Below, one piece after another: positions 45,006-56,739 of a stretch of DNA of 64,000 bases; positions within the stretch are counted from its first letter, which is position 1; the number at the start of each line of letters is the position of its first letter. The stretch covers positions 191,357 to 255,356 of the forward strand of contig CBDCUK010000001.1 in the NCBI GenBank assembly GCA_965222755.1, given 5' to 3'. The DNA is from Mycoplasmatales bacterium. GTDB lineage: Bacteria > Bacillota_I > Bacilli_A > Mycoplasmatales > JABABV01. The notes under the pieces were generated by a model, which was not told the DNA's origin, made no database searches, and worked only from the letters and a program-made list of their open reading frames with translations. The position numbers were made by a program, and so were the translations under genes.

Positions 45006-45239
45006 ATGGCTATTGCAGATATCAAGAAAAAAATGGAAGAATTTCGTCGTCTTTATGTTGATCAAGATTTATGTATTGGTTGTGGAGCTTGTGTTGCGGT
45101 TGATGAAACTGAAACATTCTACATGCAAGATAATGGTAAAGCGATCACTAAACCAAATAACTTAGATAATGAGGACTTATTAATGATTTGTCCAACCGAA
45201 GCTATTAAAGTTAATGAAAAAAATAAAGATGATCAATAA
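45006..45239 (+). CDS. 4Fe-4S ferredoxin
   Basis: 77-aa ORF with CIGCGAC and a distal CP motif (LMICPTEAI). Confidence 0.85.
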   Translation: MAIADIKKKMEEFRRLYVDQDLCIGCGACVAVDETETFYMQDNGKAITKPNNLDNEDLLMICPTEAIKVNEKNKDDQ

Positions 45240-45252
45240 AAAAAAGACCTAA

Positions 45253-45573
45253 TTTAATAATTGGGTCTTTTTTTTAATCAATTTCTTCTTTTGATTATTC
45301 GTTATCTTCGATAACAGCGTCTTCTTTTTGATATTCGCTTAAAGCGTTTTCAACGATTTTTCATTCTTTGGGATTTTCAATATTAACTAGTTTACCACCG
45401 TTATCATTTTCGGGATCATATTTAGCGGCAAAAAGTTCGCTATCAGGATTTTCGGGATCAAAATATAAAACATAGTTATTTTCACCTTCTTTAAAAGTGA
45501 ATAAAATTTCAAAATTTTGTTCTTCTCCAGCAGCATCAATTAGCGTAATTGTGTTTTCTTGATTTTGAGTCAT
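45253..45573 (-). CDS. DUF1292/UPF0473-like small acidic protein
   Basis: Track ORF 45361..45573 (ITLIDAAGEEQNFEILFTF...YVLYF) continues past TGA to TAA at 45253. It sits directly downstream of ruvX, as is typical in Firmicutes. Confidence 0.65.
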
Positions 45574-45606
45574 AAATATCTACCTCCTTACATTTATTAT
45601 AGATTA

Positions 45607-46026
45607 TTAATTACTTTGAAAGTCTAAATAGTTTTGTAAAATTATTTGAGCGGCCATTTTATCTTTTTGCAATTTGCGTTTTTTACGCGATACATTAGCA
45701 CTGATTAAAACTTGGCGGGCAATTCGTGTGCTTAGGCGCTCATCAAATAGAATAACTTCAACCGCAACTGCTTTTTGCAGTTGCACTTGAAAGTCCTCTG
45801 CCATTAAAGTACGCTCTGATTTGGTCCCATTCATTCGAATTGGGTGGCCCAGAATAATTTTAGCAATTTCATAGTTAGCACAATATTCTACCACTTTTTT
45901 GATCGCAAGTGGAAAATCATTTTCAGCAAAGAGAAAATTTTCTTTGCCCCCAGCAATAATTTGCCCACTATCACTTAGAGCAATTCCGAGTGATTTTGTT
46001 CCTAGATCGAGTCCTAAAATACGCAT
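45607..46026 (-). CDS. ruvX: Putative pre-16S rRNA nuclease / Holliday junction resolvase-like YqgF
   Basis: MRILGLDLGTKSLGIALSD... The ATG at 46026 lies one nt after the alaS stop. The longer track ORF start is inside alaS. Confidence 0.85.
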   Translation of the reverse strand: MRILGLDLGTKSLGIALSDSGQIIAGGKENFLFAENDFPLAIKKVVEYCANYEIAKIILGHPIRMNGTKSERTLMAEDFQVQLQKAVAVEVILFDERLSTRIARQVLISANVSRKKRKLQKDKMAAQIILQNYLDFQSN

Positions 46027-46027
46027 C

Positions 46028-48799
46028 TTAATTCTCCGCTTTTCTAATTTTATGGAGCACTTCAATAAAGGGAATGTTTTCTCCACTTACCATTGCCATA
46101 TGCGGTTTTCCACCACCACGACCATCAATGATTTTCATGATTTCTTTGGCATAGTTATTTGCTAAGTGCCCATGTGCAATTGCTGTTTTACCACTAAAGA
46201 TCGCTCAGACATTTTGTTTTTTCGTATTATGAGTTACTAAGAAAGCAACCGTATTATGATATTTCTGAATCATTTGTTTCCCAATTTGTTGCATTACTTT
46301 TGCATCAGTTACATTATCAAAGTGATAATGATAATAAGTTGTTTCGGTTTTAAGATCAAGTTCTTTTAAATCTGATTCTAAGTAATCAAAATCTGCTAGT
46401 AAACTTTGTGTTTTTTGATCTAAAAGTTGTTTTTTATACTTTTTAAAATAACCTTGGTTTATTACTAAAAGCTCATTAATCTCTTTCGAACTTTGAGCAT
46501 CATCAATTTGGGGATCTTTTATATCGTTAAGTTTTTCTAATTCAACATTTGTCAGTTTACGTTCTTTTTTCAACATTTTATATTCACTATTAATGTCACG
46601 TAACTGATTAAATGCAACTGCAATCTTGTTATGATAGTAAGCTTTAATATTACGATGAGTTGTTAGTGCTTCAACACGGTAAACACCCGATTGCTTTGTA
46701 TCATAATGAATTACTTGAATCTCTTCAATATCGCTTAGATTGTTAACGTGCGTCCCTCCACAAAGCTCCATTGAATAATCACCTAGTTTAACAACGCGAA
46801 CATTTTCACTATATTCTGATTTTTCTAATGATAGTGCTCCCATTGCGAGCGCTTTTTTAATCGTTGTATGAATAATTTCAACAGGCACTTTTTCCTGAAT
46901 TCATTGATTTGCTAACGCTTGTGCCTGATCGATAATTTTACGATCAGGCTTTTGGTTACACGCAAAATCAAAACGTAAATAACGATCATTTAATAATGAA
47001 CCAGCTTGAGGTACGGCGTGACCTAATACTTTTGTTAGAGCAGCAAATAGTAAATGAATTGCAGAATGGTTTTTCATCGTTAAGCGACGTTTCGATGCAT
47101 TAACATGTAATTGATATTCAGCCCCAGCTTTTAATTGTCCTTTTAAAATTTTAATTGAATGAACATGAAATCTTTGAGGTCCTTTTTGAACATCGACAAC
47201 ATCAGCATAAAAACTATTATCCTTATTAGTAATGTATCCACTATCAGCAACTTGACCACCAGACTCAGCATAGAAAGGCGTTTTGTCAAAGATGACATAG
47301 CCCTCATGATCAATCTTATTTAAGACTGTTTCTTTTTCAAAGATAAAAATTGGTTTGGCATGTAATTCATTAAGAACTTGATAGCCACTAAATTTTGAAC
47401 TACCTTTAATTTGCTCAAAGAATGTTGATTGAATATTCATCCCAATTGTTTTTTTACGTGATTGTTTTGCTAAATTACGATGTGCCATTTGGGCTTTATT
47501 GAAACCTTCTTCATCAACTAAGATATCGGCTAAGTTAGCAATTTCTTTTGTTAGTTCAATTGGGAATCCATAAGTATCATAAAGTTTAAAAGCAGCATCG
47601 CCTTGTAAAGTATTTTCACGTTTATCTTTTAATGTTGCTATTCATTGATCTAATAAACGATGTCCAATGTCGAGCGTTTTATTAAAACGCTCTTCTTCGG
47701 CTTGAACAATATTAGTAATTAATTTTTTAAAGTTAATTAAGTATGGGTAGTAATCTTGCATCGTTTTAATTACACTAGGAATTAAACGAAAGAGAAATGT
47801 ATCAGCAATCTCTAAAACACGTCCATAACGTAGCGCACGTCTAATTAAGCGACGAATGATGTAATCGCGGCCAACGTTACCCGGAACAGCTCCATCAGCA
47901 ATTGCAAATGTAACTGTTCTAATATGATCAGCAATTACTTTAAAAGCTTTATTAATTCTTTCTTGAAAGAGATCCTTAGTAAAGTAATTGTTCACATTAT
48001 ATTTTTGGTGACAATATTTTTCAATTACAGCAATAATTGGTAAAAAAGCATCAGTATCAAAGTTAGTTGGTACGTTTTGTGAAATCGCAACAATCCGTTC
48101 TAAACCAGCACCTGTATCAATATTTTTTGTCGGTAAATCTTGATATACTTGATGGCCATTATTATTAAATTGTGAAAAGACAATATTTCAAATTTCAACG
48201 TAGCGATCATTTTCAAGATCTTCTTTTAATAATTTAAGACCGATGTCTTCGAGATCGTATTTTGGACCACGATCGTAGAAGACTTCACTATTGGGACCAC
48301 ATGGACCTTGACCTAAATCTCAAAAATTAGTACTGCGATTACCTTTAATAATATGATTACTTGCTACTCCTTGTTTAATTCATTGATCATAAGTTTCTTG
48401 ATCATCTTCAAAAACAGTAATGTATAGTTTTTCTGGATCAATTGCTAAATAAGATTCACTAGTTAGAAATTCTCATGCATAAGCAATTGCTTCAACTTTA
48501 AAATAACCACCGATTGAAAAGTTACCTAGCATTTCAAAAAAGGTGTGATGACGAGCTGTTACTCCAACATTTTCAATATCATTAGTACGAATCGCTTTTT
48601 GGGAATTAACTAGGCGTTTTGATGGAGGTGTTAAACGCCCATCAAAATAAGATTTTAATGTTGCTACGCCTGAGTTAATTCATAATAGCGAATCATCATC
48701 TTGGGGAATTAAAGATGCACTTGGTAATTCTAAATGATCATACTTTTTAAAAAAGTCTAATCATAGATTACGAATATCATTAGTTGATAGATTTTTCAT
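46028..48799 (-). CDS. alaS: Alanine--tRNA ligase
   Basis: Track pieces 46205..46888, 46901..47488 and 47642..47995 are all in one frame with ATG at 48799 ([22 protein letters not shown]...). Read through TGA to TAA at 46028. 2772 nt. The editing-domain HxxxH (HSAIHLL) and the C-terminal DHHA1-type GGGKP are present. Confidence 0.9.
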
Positions 48800-49006
48800 A
48801 TTTTAGTACCTTCTTCATCTATTTAATATTTAAATATTTAATTATGTATAATTTTATCTTAATTAAGTTTAAATTACAATAATTAAAAGTTTTTATTTAC
48901 TATTAGTTATAAATATAATAATATTTTATTTATATTTAAAAAATTCTTAAATATAAATAAAAATATATGCAATAATTACATAAAATTAATACAGTAGGGA
49001 GAGAAA

Positions 49007-49825
49007 ATGTCTATATATCAAAAAAATTTTGGTAAATCAGAAGTGATGGGTAATTTTAATGCAAATTACTTTATATCATTGATTGATAAACAAACTTATA
49101 ATTTTGAAATACGTAAAGAAATAATAAAAATATCTGTCTATTTTTTTAATGGAGTAAATATTATGAATTTTTGAAAAAAAAACGAAATTAATGAAATTCA
49201 AAAATTAGAATTTATATTTTTTATAATTATGAATGTAGAAAAAATTACTAATAATTATTCACAAAATTCATTTAAAATTGATGATTCAAGAAGTCGATGG
49301 AAAATTAAGAATTTTCTTATATCTGAAGATATTCAAATATTTTTAGCAAGAATGGTAGCTTACATTAAATATAATAATAAAAAAATTATAGATTTTTTTA
49401 GTGAAGATGATAAGTTTGCAAATTTAACTTTAGTACAAATTGTCGATAATGAAATAGCTCCTATTTTAAAAGAATTAGATTCTCAAACAATTTATAATAA
49501 TGTCCATAAGTTTAATAGTTCAAACATTATAGAAGATAAAAGAAGTGCAATAGAATCAATATATACTCAGGAAATGTTTGAAGATAAATTTAAAGAATTT
49601 AAAACAAAGCATGTAGGTATGAAAACTGTTTTAAATATTGATAACTTAAAAAATAAAATAGAAAATTTTGTAAGGCATAACAAAGAAAAAGATACTAATA
49701 ATCAGAAAATAATAAATTATAAAAACGGTTTAACTGATACAGAATATATACAGGAATTAAAAGAAATCTTATATGGTTTATTACTTCTTGAGTATATTAA
49801 TAAAAAACAAGAATATTTAAACTAA
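49007..49825 (+). CDS. Hypothetical cytoplasmic protein (272 aa), no recognisable family
   Basis: ATG at 49007 after a GGGAGAG RBS. One in-frame TGA precedes track ORF 49229..49825. No signal peptide. Lys/Asn/Glu-rich. Confidence 0.55.
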
Positions 49826-49850
49826 TTACCTCAAATAATTTAAGTATTAA

Positions 49851-49890
49851 TCTAAAAAACAACTCCATTAGAATGAAGTTGTTTTTTAGA
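49851..49890. terminator. Bidirectional hairpin terminator
   Basis: Stem aaaaaacaact ... agttgtttttt, between the convergent genes 49007..49825 (+) and L7 (-). Confidence 0.55.
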
Positions 49891-49895
49891 TTGAA

Positions 49896-51389
49896 TTAAA
49901 CTGCGACGAATTTACCTTGAAATGTAAAATTAAAGGCACTTCCTCCACCAGTATCATCTTTACCATTAGCATAAATATAATCCATTGTTAAATTAAAATC
50001 TCATTTTTTATTTTGATGAGTAAGTGGAAACATAATTTTGATCTGTTTTCCAACTTTACCTTCTTCTTGTAAGTTAGCCATATCAATAGTTGGTCCAAAA
50101 TCTGGCCCCTTACCAAAGATAGACCCTTCAAAACCCTCTTTTTTTATAGAATCCATTATACTTAAACTACGATAACTTCCACCATTATTATTGTTATAAG
50201 TATTTACTCAATATCCAAACTGAATATCACCATTACGAATAAATCCATTTCAGCCTTCGTTTTTTATTAAAGACTCAAGGTGTTCGTATGTATGTCCATT
50301 TTCGCCACCTTTACCACTAAACATTTCAAAAGATTGTAGTTGCTCAGTTTTAGCAAATGTTCAAGAGGCCATACTATAAGATTTTCCATTTACATATTGA
50401 GCTGTCGCAATGATTGGATCAGAATTATATCATCCAGGTCCCAACCCATCAGTTACCTCATTTCCATTAGGTTTAGCTTTACAAAATATTGCTGTTATTT
50501 TGTGATTTATATCATCAACTATTGGTTTTCCTTTCATACCTTTGAAACTATCAGTTGCTTTTGCGCTTCCAAAAGTATCAAAAACAGCACTATTATTTGC
50601 TTGTCATCTACGTTCTGTTAGTGTTCCATAAGTTCAAGTAAAGTCATCTTTATTATCTCAAGGCTTCGCTTGAACTAATAAAGCTTGGGCTTGAACATTT
50701 GCTCCAAACTTTTTAAAATCTGCTCAAGTTGTTTCTGATATTGAATGAGGTGCCGCCGTGCATTTTCAATCACTAAGCCTATATTTGGCATTATCTATAT
50801 ATTGAATTGCAAATGATGCTTTTGTTGCATTACCATCATTTTTACTTCTTGTAATATCAAGACTAACAAGACCACCAATATCATCAGTTTTAACATTATC
50901 AATATTTAATTCCCCAGCAATTGCATCAGATCATGAATCGGGTTTGGTCACACCAACAATTGCAATTGCTGTTGCTCCTTTAGCAGCAGTTTTAAAATCT
51001 GTTCAACCATTATTATCAATTATTTTTGGTTGAGTACTACATTTCCAGTCACTAACATCATATTCAGTATTATCAACATACTGAATAATAAATGATGCCA
51101 TCGTTGTTGGGGCATTATCTTTTGTTCTCGTAATATCTAGAGTAATCTTCTTAGTATCTTTATTAGGATTAAAATTAGTAATTTTAATTTCTGTATTAGC
51201 AGGATCACTTCATCCAGTTGGTTGAGTTGCCGTTATAATGTCTCTTCCATTAGCAGCTTGAGCTGCTTTTAAAAAAGCACCTCAATCATTAGTTGTGCTA
51301 CTTTTATGACCACAACTTATTAAACTACTACTTAAAGCAAACGATGAGGTTAAGATTAATGATGAGGCTAAAATTTTTATTTTTTTCAT
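49896..51389 (-). CDS. Lipoprotein L7, type I core with two N-terminal modules (497 aa)
   Basis: ATG at 51389. Lipobox ALSSSLISCGHK. Two consecutive ~85-aa modules each end in DWKC, followed by the family core (VFDTFGSAKATDSFKGMKGKP, EQLQSFE). C-terminus SAFNFTFQGKFVAV, TAA at 49896. 1494 nt. Confidence 0.75.
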
Positions 51390-51552
51390 TTCAAACTCCC
51401 ACTTTATCATATTTGATAATCTATTTATTATTAATTAGTCATATATAAAAATTATATCATTTAAGATAAACTCTGTTGATGAGTTGTTAATTGTAGTATT
51501 ATTTTTATAATTAAAGAAATATAAAAATAATACTAATCAAGGAGATAAAATT

Positions 51553-53376
51553 ATGGCTGAAGATAAATTAACAACTACTGGTAAAAATGATTTTGAATAT
51601 TTAAAAGGGAAATGAGATGGTAAGATGATCCAAGAAATAGCAGAGATTCATCAATTACACCAAGATATTATTACTAATAGTGATTCAATCATCTTTCGTG
51701 GTCAAGGGTGTAGTGAATGAGATTTGGAATCGACTCTTTATAGAAGATATGAACTAATATTAAATCCTAATTCAAATAAAAAAACCGAAATGAGCATTAA
51801 TAACTTTTTACTTCTTTCTAAAGTTCATTTCTTAGAAATAAGTAAAAAGTTAAATAGAAACGGAGGTATTCTCCACCTATTATCTGAAGCACAACACTTA
51901 GGTACCTCAACACCTTTAATAGATTTTACTTCCTCGTTTGAAAATGCTCTATGATTTGCAACAGAAAAAAACTTAGTTAAATGTAGTAACGAACATGGTA
52001 ATAGATGCAATCCTTCTATATGATTAATTAAAAAAGAAAGCGATGTAAAAACAAAAATAGAAAAATGAGAAAGTAAAATTATTGATCAAGATTTTTTAAA
52101 GCATAATAAAGAAAATAATTTTATTTATAAATGCCCGATTACTATAAATAGTAAACGTGGTATTTCACAAAAATCTTTTTTTATTTTGCATAATGCCTCA
52201 AATGAAGAAATGAAAACAAAATATAATATAATTCAAATTAATATTGATTATCAAGAACAATCGAAATCATTAGAAACTGATATAACAAAATTTTTAATTA
52301 AATTAGGAATTGATCATGAATCTATTTATCCTGATTTAAAAGGAGTTTTTAATAGTTATATAAGTAATTCTGATCATATACATTTTTTAGAAGGTTCATA
52401 TTTAAATGCGAAAGCAGATAATACAAATGATAAAAATAAAAAACTAGAATTTAATAAAAAAGCTATAGAAAAATATAAAAAAGTAATTGAGTTGAATCCT
52501 AATTATATTAGTGCTTATTATAATTGAGGAAATACTTTATTAAAAATAGGAGATATTGAAGTAAAAGAAAATCAACACACTAAAAAATATCAAGAAGCAA
52601 TCGAAAAATATGAAAAAGTAATTAAGTTAAATCCTAATTATGTTGATGCTTATAATAACTGAGGGAGTGCTTTATCAAAAATAGGTAATGTGGAAATAGA
52701 TGAAAGAATTAAACTTCAAAATTATCAATATGCTATTGAAAAATATGAAAAAGTAATTGAGTTGAATCCTCATTATATTAGTACTTATAATAATTGGGGT
52801 GATGCTTTATCAAAAATAGGTAATGTGGAAATAGATGAAAAAATTAAACTTCAAAATTATCAATATGCTATTGAAAAATTTGAAAAAGCAATTGAGTTGA
52901 ATCCTAATTATGTTGATGCTTATTATAATTGAGGAAATACTTTATTAAAAATAGGAGATATTGAAGTAAAAGAAAATCAACACACTAAAAAATATCAAGA
53001 AGCAATCGAAAAATATGAAAAAGTAATTAAGTTAAATCCTAATTATATTAGTACTTATAATAATTGAGGGGCCTCTTTAACAAAAATAGGCAAGATTCAA
53101 AAAGATAAAAAGATAGCGATCAAACTTTACGAACAAGCAATTGAAAAATATGAAAAAGAAATTGAGTTGAATCCTAATTATATTACTTCTTATAATAATT
53201 TAATAAGTTTGTTAATAATACTATTGAAAGATAAATTTAAAATTAATAAATTATTATTGAATTCACTCCAAACAACAATATTAAACACATCTCCAACGAC
53301 AACAGAAGCCCAAAAATTAAGAGCACAACTACTAAAAGTAATAGATACTATCTTAAACGCCAAAGAAACTTCTTAA
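51553..53376 (+). CDS. FRG-domain protein fused to seven TPR-like repeats (607 aa)
   Basis: ATG at 51553 after an AAGGAG RBS. Four track pieces (51724, 52186, 52690, 53167) are in one frame, joined by TGA. The N-terminal FRG motifs IIFRGQG (51694..51702) and LLSEAQHLGTSTPLIDFTSS are present. The C-terminal half is built of repeats like AIEKYEKVIELNPNYxxAYNNWGxAL. No signal peptide. Confidence 0.8.
52462..53210 (+). repeat. Intragenic tandem repeats (135-bp units, 405-bp higher-order period) encoding the TPR-like region
   Basis: Units are 45 aa. The ~115-nt stretch starting at tgaggaaatactttattaaaaatagg at 52525 recurs identically at 52930, an offset of 405 bp or three units. Confidence 0.85.
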
Positions 53377-53438
53377 TATTATATTAATACGTGCTACAAT
53401 TAGTAAAAATCAAATATTTTTTGAAAGGTCCTTAAAAA

Positions 53439-54893
53439 ATGAAAAAAGTAAAATTATTCAAAATCCTATTATCAGCTGCTAGTATTACAACATTAAGTGC
53501 AAGTGGTTTTGGTCTTGTTAGTTGTCATAGCAATAAAAAAACTACAAGCTTATGAACTGAATTCAAAGATGCTGCTACACATGATAGTGCTCTTAATATT
53601 ATTAAGAGCACTCATTCAAAACAATGAGTTAATCCACAAGCTAAAAACTTAACACTTGGTGATTTTTTTATCGATGAATATGCAGAAACAATTAGTGTTA
53701 AAATAACTAATTTACTACCTTATTCAACAGTAAAATTCACAATTCAATATCCTCAAAATGATCAATACAATGTAGCTGATTGAGTTTGTAACAATGATTA
53801 TAATTTCAACTTTTCTTATATTGCTAATTTTCCTGATCAAGTTGATAGCTTAACGCAAAATACCAAGATTACTAATACGATTAATAAAATTGTTACGATT
53901 GATAATACGTTATATGTTGGAACTCAAGGAGGACTTTTCCAATCTAGTGATGGGAAAAGTTTTACCCAGAATAAAACTGTATTCACTCCATTTCAACCTT
54001 CGCTCTCAGTTAAATTAATCAAAAAAATAAATAACGTGATTTATTTAGGAACGCTTTATGGACTTTATCAATCAAATGATGATGGTAAAACTTTCATTTT
54101 TAACAACAGCGTTAGCAAAGATACTATTAATAAAATAACAATGATTAATAAGAATATCTATATTGGAACAAATTCATCGGGAGTATATTCTTCAAGTAAT
54201 AATGGTAAGGGTTTTGCGCGCATTGATAGCGCTGGTGATGCTGTAGCAAATCAGCCAAATATTTATTATACTAATACTGTAATTGAAGAAATTAATCATA
54301 ATATCTATATTGGAAACCAAAAAGGAAATATTTTTCTTTCCACAAATGATGGAAAAACTTTTAAAAAGCAATATTCATTTAATGCAAAAGTAGCAATCAG
54401 TCAAATCAAAATGATTAAAGGAATCCTTTATATTGGGACTGCTTTTAACTCTCAAAATTTTGATAACCATTCTTGCCTTTACAGTTCAAATGATATGTGT
54501 AAAACATGTAATAGAGTTCTTCATCTTCCTGGATACTACGAAGTTGTCGATATCATTAATTGCAATAATGATATCATTGTTGCAATTAAAAACTCTTTTA
54601 CTAGTGGTGTTTTTGGCGATATTGAAAACGGTATTTATATTTCTCACGATGGTAAAAACTTCACTAAAATTGAAGCTTTTAATCAAAGCCAAGCTCATAA
54701 TTTTATTTTAGGAATATGAGATATCAATAGTGTTCTTTATGTTTCAACTAGTGAAAGCTATTATTCATCAATTGATAACAAAAGATTCGTCGATTATAAT
54801 TATTCTGCCATGAGTCATATAGGATATTTTAATAATTCAACTTATGTTTCTGACAAAACACATCTTTACGTTGATCAAAAATTAAATAATTAA
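53439..54893 (+). CDS. Lipoprotein P1: N-terminal module + Asp-box beta-propeller-like repeats (484 aa)
   Basis: ATG at 53439. Lipobox SASGFGLVSCHSN. Repeated blades follow I..I.N.(I/L)Y(I/V)GT..G(L/V)(Y/F).S.D.GK.F (SSDGKSF, SNDDGKTF, STNDGKTF, SHDGKNF). Track ORF 54036..54719 is in frame. TAA at 54891. Confidence 0.8.
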
Positions 54894-54906
54894 AAAGCAA
54901 ATTAAT

Positions 54907-54936
54907 AAAAAAACTTCACTCAGCTGAAGTTTTTTT
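54907..54936 (+). terminator. Rho-independent terminator after P1
   Basis: aaaaaaacttcactcagctgaagttttttt. Confidence 0.65.
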
Positions 54937-55134
54937 ATGATCTAAAATTATTTATGTTTGTACTATTAAGATATATTTAACTAATAACTCAATCTAAAAA
55001 AATAATAATTAAACTACTAAAAATAACCAATAAGATTTTAAAAAACGAAGAAATTTCTTAAATATTATATATTGTGATACAATTTTTTAACTATTAATAA
55101 TTAATCATATCTATTTTGAAAGGTAGTCTTAAAA

Positions 55135-56571
55135 ATGAAAAAAGCAAAATTATTCAAAATCCTATTATCAGCTACTAGTATTACAACATTAAGCGCAAGT
55201 AGTTTTGGTCTTGTTAGTTGTAGTAACAAGAATACAAAATTATGAAACAAGTTCAAAGATAGTGCTCAACACGAAAGTGCTCTTAATATTATTAAGAGCA
55301 CTAATTCAAAACAATGGCTTAATCCACAAAAAGATAATTTAACATTAAGTGATTTTGATATCAATGAAAAAACTAAAACAGTTGAAGTTAAAATAACTAA
55401 CTTAGTTCCTTATTCAATAGCAACATTTACAATCAAATATCATAAAGATGATAAGTATAATGCTGCTCACTGAGTTTGTAATAATGATTATAATTTTCAA
55501 TTTTCAACAGTTAAAAGTTTTCCTACTACAGTTCCGGGTAAAACTCCAGGCACAACGATCAATAACAACATTAATCAAATCGTTGAAATTGATCACGTAT
55601 TATATATTGGATCAAATGGAGGTCTTTTTGAATCTAGTGATGGGAAAAAGTTTATCCAAAACACAACGATCAATGATGCAGTTTGATTAATTAAAAAAAT
55701 TAATACAACGATTTATTTAGGAACGCTTTATGGACTTTATCAATCAAATGATGATGGAAAGACTTTTAGTCAAAATAAAACTGTTAATCCTATTGATATT
55801 CCATCCAAAATAACTATGATTAATAATAAAATATATGTTGGAACAAATTCATCGGGATTATATTGTTCAAGCAATGACGGTAAAGATTTTGCGCGCATTG
55901 ATAGTGCTAGTGATCTTATTCCGCATCAGAAAAATCTTTATTATCCTACTAATGTAATTGAAGAAATTAATCATAATATCTATATTGGGAGCAAAAATAT
56001 TTTTATTTCCAAAGATGATGGAAAAACTTTTAAAAAGCAATATTCTTTTTCGTATATAAATACTATCACTAAAATAATTTACATTAATGGCGTTTTTTAT
56101 ATTGGTACTAGTATTGATAATAAAGATTATGAGGGAACCCATCTAAATTCTGGGCTTTACACTTCAACTGATATGTGTAAAACATGTAGAAAAGTTAATA
56201 TTGTTGGATACTATAATGTTGTTGATATCATTAATAGTAATAATGATATCCTTGTTGCGGTTCAAAATGCCAATAGTGTTGATCATAACACAAAGACTGA
56301 AAATGGTATTTATCTTTCTCATGATGGAAAGAATTTTACTCAAGTTCTTAAAAATAGTGAAAAGGGAGAATGACATTATATCAACAGAATCAAAGAGATA
56401 AATAATGTTCTTTATGTTTTTGCTGATAACAAATATTATTCATCAGTTGATAATCAAACATTTACTAATTACAGCGGTAATAATTATAGTTTTAGTAATG
56501 GCGGATCTTTTAATAATGTAACTTATATTTGTGATGCCGCATATCTTTATGTTAATCAAAAATTAACATAG
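55135..56571 (+). CDS. Lipoprotein P2, Asp-box propeller-like paralog (478 aa)
   Basis: ATG at 55135. Lipobox SASSFGLVSCSNK. Track ORF 55816..56373 is in frame. TAG at 56569. Confidence 0.8.
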
Positions 56572-56592
56572 TCATAAAATAATTCAGTTAAT

Positions 56593-56622
56593 AAAAAAAC
56601 TTCAATGAAATGAAGTTTTTTT
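56593..56622 (+). terminator. Rho-independent terminator after P2
   Basis: aaaaaaacttcaatgaaatgaagttttttt. The flanking sequence aaattaaagaaaactcctaattagtt is repeated after P3. Confidence 0.65.
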
Positions 56623-56739
56623 ATTATCAAAATTAAAGAAAACTCCTAATTAGTTTTTAAATCATTTTTGTATTGTTTTGTTATTTAATTAATTATATAA
56701 TGGTATTGAAGTAAAAAAAATTATAAAGAGGTATTAAAA

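Noticed and set aside
50340-52010. ORFs 50340..50621 (+) and 51825..52010 (-).
   Set aside because: They are antisense to lipoprotein L7 and to the FRG-domain gene respectively.
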